Of a stretch of 64,000 nt of DNA, positions 60,800-64,000 are shown in pieces. The stretch is taken from the IMG/VR virus record IMGVR_UViG_3300042090_002485, positions 123,863 to 187,862 of that record; one strand, given 5' to 3'. The stretch is from a virus. Every line of letters starts with the position of its first letter. Position 1 is the first letter of the stretch. The notes under the pieces were generated by a model. It saw nothing but the letters and a program-made list of their open reading frames with translations, was not told where the DNA came from and ran no database searches. A program made the position numbers and the translations under genes.

Positions 60800-61576
60800 G
60801 TGATGGCTGTATCTCTCGCGCAAGCGCTTGCGAACGTCCTCGCGGCGCGCGAGAAGGCCGCGGAGATACACGCGAATCCGCGAACGTTCTTCGTTCACGT
60901 GCGTGTGCCTGAGCACGTCGCAGAAGACCTCCGCGCGGTCCAGAAACGCGTCATTCCTGACCCTGCGAAGCACGTCGACGTGGACCACGTGACCCTCGTG
61001 TACACGCGCAAACCCTCCACGGATCACGAACCTGAGAAGGTCCACCACGCGCTGGAGGCCTTGCGTGAGATCGGTGCACGCACCGAGCCCGTCGACGCGA
61101 AGATTCAGGGCTGGGGCTACTTCGATGGCGCGCAGAACGATGGCAAGACGTCGACGGCGTTGGTCGCGTTGGTCGACGCGCCTGGCCTCGAGCACCTCCA
61201 CGTCGATATGTCACGGGCGTTGTCCGCGATCGGCATCGAGCCCTCCGACCTGCACGTCTTCACGCCGCACATTACGCTCGGCTACCTCGGTCACCACGGC
61301 CGCGTCGGCGAGCTGCCTCCGATCGGCGGCAAGTTCACCATCGACCGCGCGCACGTCGCCGCGCGCGACCACCACGAGATCCCGCTGACTGGGCAGGGCG
61401 CAGGCGAGATCGGGCGCAAGGCCGCACGCGACGCCGCGCCGTTTACGATGGACGCCGCCGCGCTGCGCCGTGAGTTGCCCAACCCGCCAGGGCGCGGCGA
61501 AATGTCGGCCGCGGGCGGCTCGGGGAGCGGCGCTGCACCGCCGCAGCAGGGCTCGCCACGAGAGAGTTTCACCTGA
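60800..61576 (+). CDS. 2H phosphoesterase (2'-5' RNA ligase/LigT-like, Acb1-type fold)
   Basis: two HxT motifs, DHVTLVY and PHITLGY. Confidence 0.8.
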   Translation: MMAVSLAQALANVLAAREKAAEIHANPRTFFVHVRVPEHVAEDLRAVQKRVIPDPAKHVDVDHVTLVYTRKPSTDHEPEKVHHALEALREIGARTEPVDAKIQGWGYFDGAQNDGKTSTALVALVDAPGLEHLHVDMSRALSAIGIEPSDLHVFTPHITLGYLGHHGRVGELPPIGGKFTIDRAHVAARDHHEIPLTGQGAGEIGRKAARDAAPFTMDAAALRRELPNPPGRGEMSAAGGSGSGAAPPQQGSPRESFT

Positions 61577-62043
61577 TGCGGCCGCTTTACGTTGGAACTG
61601 GTGAGTGCGACTGTGGTCGTGTTGACGCGCGGCTCTACCGTTTGCCGGGGACCGCGTTCACGTCACGGCCGTGTTGCGGATCCTGTCTCGAGCGACGTGG
61701 GTACAAGGTTCCTGAGGCGCGCACCGCGGACACCTTCGACAACCCCGCCGACCCGTCCGAAGCGATCACGCCTGTCGACAAGACGATCGACCTCGGGCAT
61801 GGCCACACGTTTCAGTCGGTGACTGGTGTCGACAGCAAGCTCGTTGGCTGGTTGCATAGCCACCCCGACGCGCGCAACCCGAGCGTGCTGTGCCAGTCGT
61901 TCTGCGCGGTGCGACCGCTTAACGGCTGCCCGGTGCACCAGGTTATGTCCGACGATCCGCTCACACTGACGCCGAGCTTGAAGTGCCGTGTGTGCGGTGC
62001 GCATGGCGATGTCATCAACGGCAAATGGGAGCCTAGACAATGA
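61576..62043 (+). CDS. Zn-finger plus DUF6527-like protein
   Basis: CDCG...CCGSC; DPLTLTPSLKCRVCGAHG.V.NGKW. Confidence 0.65.
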   Translation: MRPLYVGTGECDCGRVDARLYRLPGTAFTSRPCCGSCLERRGYKVPEARTADTFDNPADPSEAITPVDKTIDLGHGHTFQSVTGVDSKLVGWLHSHPDARNPSVLCQSFCAVRPLNGCPVHQVMSDDPLTLTPSLKCRVCGAHGDVINGKWEPRQ

Positions 62044-63278
62044 CGGTACCTGCCTACGCACGCACGTGGAGGCAGCTCCTGACGAGCAGCAACCCGGGCA
62101 ACCGTATTACGTACGTGTCGTTGACCGACGCGGCGCAGAACACGTTCTACCAGACCAAGGCTGCGATGTGCGGCGGCCTCGGGCAGACCACGCCGATGAC
62201 GGTTGTCTGGTCAGCGTCCAACGGAACGGGACCGACGAATTCTTCGGACCATACGGATCGGATCACAAGCTCGTCGACCGTGACACCGCAAGCGTCTACT
62301 GCTGCTGCGTCCCAGGCGTGGGTCGTCATGCTCGACGGCAATGCACGCGCTGCGTGGGCCGGTACGACCAACTACACGCAGGGCCAGTACGTCACGAACA
62401 GCGGTAACGTTTACGTTTGTCGCACCACAGGCATCAGCGCGAGCAGCGGCGGCCCCACGGGGACGGGCTCGAACATCTCGGACAACACCGCAGCGTGGCA
62501 GTACCTTCAAGCGGGCACTGGCGCCGGCCAGATCTTGTTCACCTACCAAGGCGCGACGGCCGATGTGTTCCGCATTTCGTACTCGCCAGGCGCGCTCTTT
62601 ACCCTTGCGAGCACTACGAACAATCAGCCTACGGCCACTGACGAGGAAGTGATCTGCTCCGCAACCTCGATCGTCGGTAGCACGACGAGCGGTGATCGCA
62701 TCTTGCAAGTCTGGGTGAGCGACGATGCGAAGGCGTGGAAGATGATGGTCCTACGTGCCGGTGCCATGGCGGGCCCGCTCATCGGTACCGAGAACATCAA
62801 CGAGGGCGTGACGCAGTTCCCGGTTAGTGGCAGCGCGAGCGTCGCGACGCTGCCGAATCCGGTCTGGGGGTTCTGTTATACGACCGCCAATCTGGTGGCC
62901 AACCAACTTACGACAGGGTTCACCGCCAATGCGAAGGGCGGGCTCATGCGTATGTTGGTGTCCGGGGTCTTTTACGCTGGCCAAGCATACCCGGCTGTTG
63001 AATGCATTGCGCCTGGCGGTACGCTCAGCGAGCCTACCAATACGATCAACTACCAAGCAGAACTTCAAGGAGCTTCGGGGTATCCCTACTGGCCGCTCGC
63101 GCTCTACTCGACCAACACCGTGGGCGCTCGCGGACGCTTGGGTACCTTGATCGACTGGTACATCAGCTCGCCAAGCGGCGTCGCGCTCGGCGATGGCTAC
63201 GGCCCGAGCTACCAGTGGATTCAGAACACCGAGCTTCTTCTTCCAAACCCGTCGGCCAACCCGCCCACGTTGACGTGA
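62040..63278 (+). CDS. probable virion/tail structural protein
   Basis: 412 aa Thr/Ser/Gly-rich; embedded carbohydrate-binding-like W..TTNYTQGQYVTNSGNVYVC...G.S..GPTGTG. Confidence 0.7.
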   Translation: MTVPAYARTWRQLLTSSNPGNRITYVSLTDAAQNTFYQTKAAMCGGLGQTTPMTVVWSASNGTGPTNSSDHTDRITSSSTVTPQASTAAASQAWVVMLDGNARAAWAGTTNYTQGQYVTNSGNVYVCRTTGISASSGGPTGTGSNISDNTAAWQYLQAGTGAGQILFTYQGATADVFRISYSPGALFTLASTTNNQPTATDEEVICSATSIVGSTTSGDRILQVWVSDDAKAWKMMVLRAGAMAGPLIGTENINEGVTQFPVSGSASVATLPNPVWGFCYTTANLVANQLTTGFTANAKGGLMRMLVSGVFYAGQAYPAVECIAPGGTLSEPTNTINYQAELQGASGYPYWPLALYSTNTVGARGRLGTLIDWYISSPSGVALGDGYGPSYQWIQNTELLLPNPSANPPTLT

Positions 63279-63431
63279 ATCGTGGCGCAACAAACTCGCG
63301 CCGCTGTTACAGCCTCGGTGGTTCCTATCGGAGCGCCAGGTACTGCTCCACGTGTGCGGCAGGCGGTTGTATATAGTCCGGCGTCGAGCGGAATTCCTGC
63401 GTCCTACTACACTTCCACGAAGCGAGGCATC

Positions 63432-64000
63432 GTGCTCGAAGTCCTGCTCAACACCGCGCGCCTCATCTACGTCTTCATGCGGTCATCGAGCACAGGCTCA
63501 GGCCTCGCAGGCGAGGCTGGCTCAATGGCCATCACGGCCTCGAAGAACGGCAGCGCTGGCGCGACGATCACGCCGACGATCACGGACCTTGGCTCCACCC
63601 TTGGCGCTGGATGGTACACGCTCGCGCTGACCTCTGGGCATTTGAACACGCTCGGCCAGATGGCGCTGCACATCATCTCGTCGAACACCATCCCGAACGA
63701 CGACGTCTTGCTCAACGTCATCGCGGTCGACAAGACCGACGCGGTGCACTTTGGACTGTCGTCGCTGCCGAACGCTGCCGCGGCCGCGTCGGGTGGCCTT
63801 CCGACCATTGGAACCGGCGCGAACCAATTCACGACCGACGGCGCAGGTAATGTGAATGCGGACGTCGTTGTACCCGCAAGCCTTGCGACGGCCGCGGACG
63901 TGACCGCGTCGACCGCGACGATCGCGTCCGACATCACCGCGTCGACCGCGACGATCGCGTCCGACATCACCGCGTCGACCGCGACGATCGCGTCCGACAT
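63432..64000 (+). CDS. probable virion structural protein, runs off the window
   Basis: GAGG SD, GTG 63432; open to the end; GWYTLALT..HLNTLG motif; absent from ORF track because no stop. Confidence 0.65.
   Translation, partial: MLEVLLNTARLIYVFMRSSSTGSGLAGEAGSMAITASKNGSAGATITPTITDLGSTLGAGWYTLALTSGHLNTLGQMALHIISSNTIPNDDVLLNVIAVDKTDAVHFGLSSLPNAAAAASGGLPTIGTGANQFTTDGAGNVNADVVVPASLATAADVTASTATIASDITASTATIASDITASTATIASD
63902..64000 (+). repeat. 33-bp tandem repeat, 3 or more copies (TASTATIASDI)
   Basis: accgcgtcgaccgcgacgatcgcgtccgacatc repeated to window end. Confidence 0.9.

Noticed and set aside
1-64000. tRNA, rRNA or host chromosomal genes
   Set aside because: None recognised; even the amidohydrolase is embedded in phage-type overlapping genes.

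Overview
This window looks like part of a large tailed-phage (or prophage) genome with high GC (about 65-68% by eye). The host cannot be determined from the sequence. There are no housekeeping genes, rRNA, tRNA, CRISPR array, integrase or reverse transcriptase. Layout: (1) 1-29317, a + strand accessory region of tightly overlapping small genes; (2) 29318-41126, a mostly - strand block of probable virion/tail genes with a GIY-YIG homing endonuclease and a Myb-like gene; (3) 41127-41580, an AT-rich divergent intergenic island; (4) 41581-59545, a second + strand accessory region; (5) 59592-64000, DUF6527-like genes, a 2H phosphoesterase and further virion-type genes. The dominant and possibly undescribed feature is a family of about 75-80 (hand count) small paralogous ORFs. 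They share the architecture D-x-x-G-[VI]-[VT]-H ... C ... [VIP]-T-C-x-x-C-[LIV]-A, a His/Cys3 putative zinc site, around a hypervariable middle. They sit head-to-tail in translationally coupled arrays interleaved with passenger genes (amidohydrolase, MazG, methyltransferase), and show signs of shuffling: chimeras, fusions, duplications, frameshifts and a 458-bp TIR/TSD mini-element. All family assignments come from recognising motifs by eye; no database search was run.
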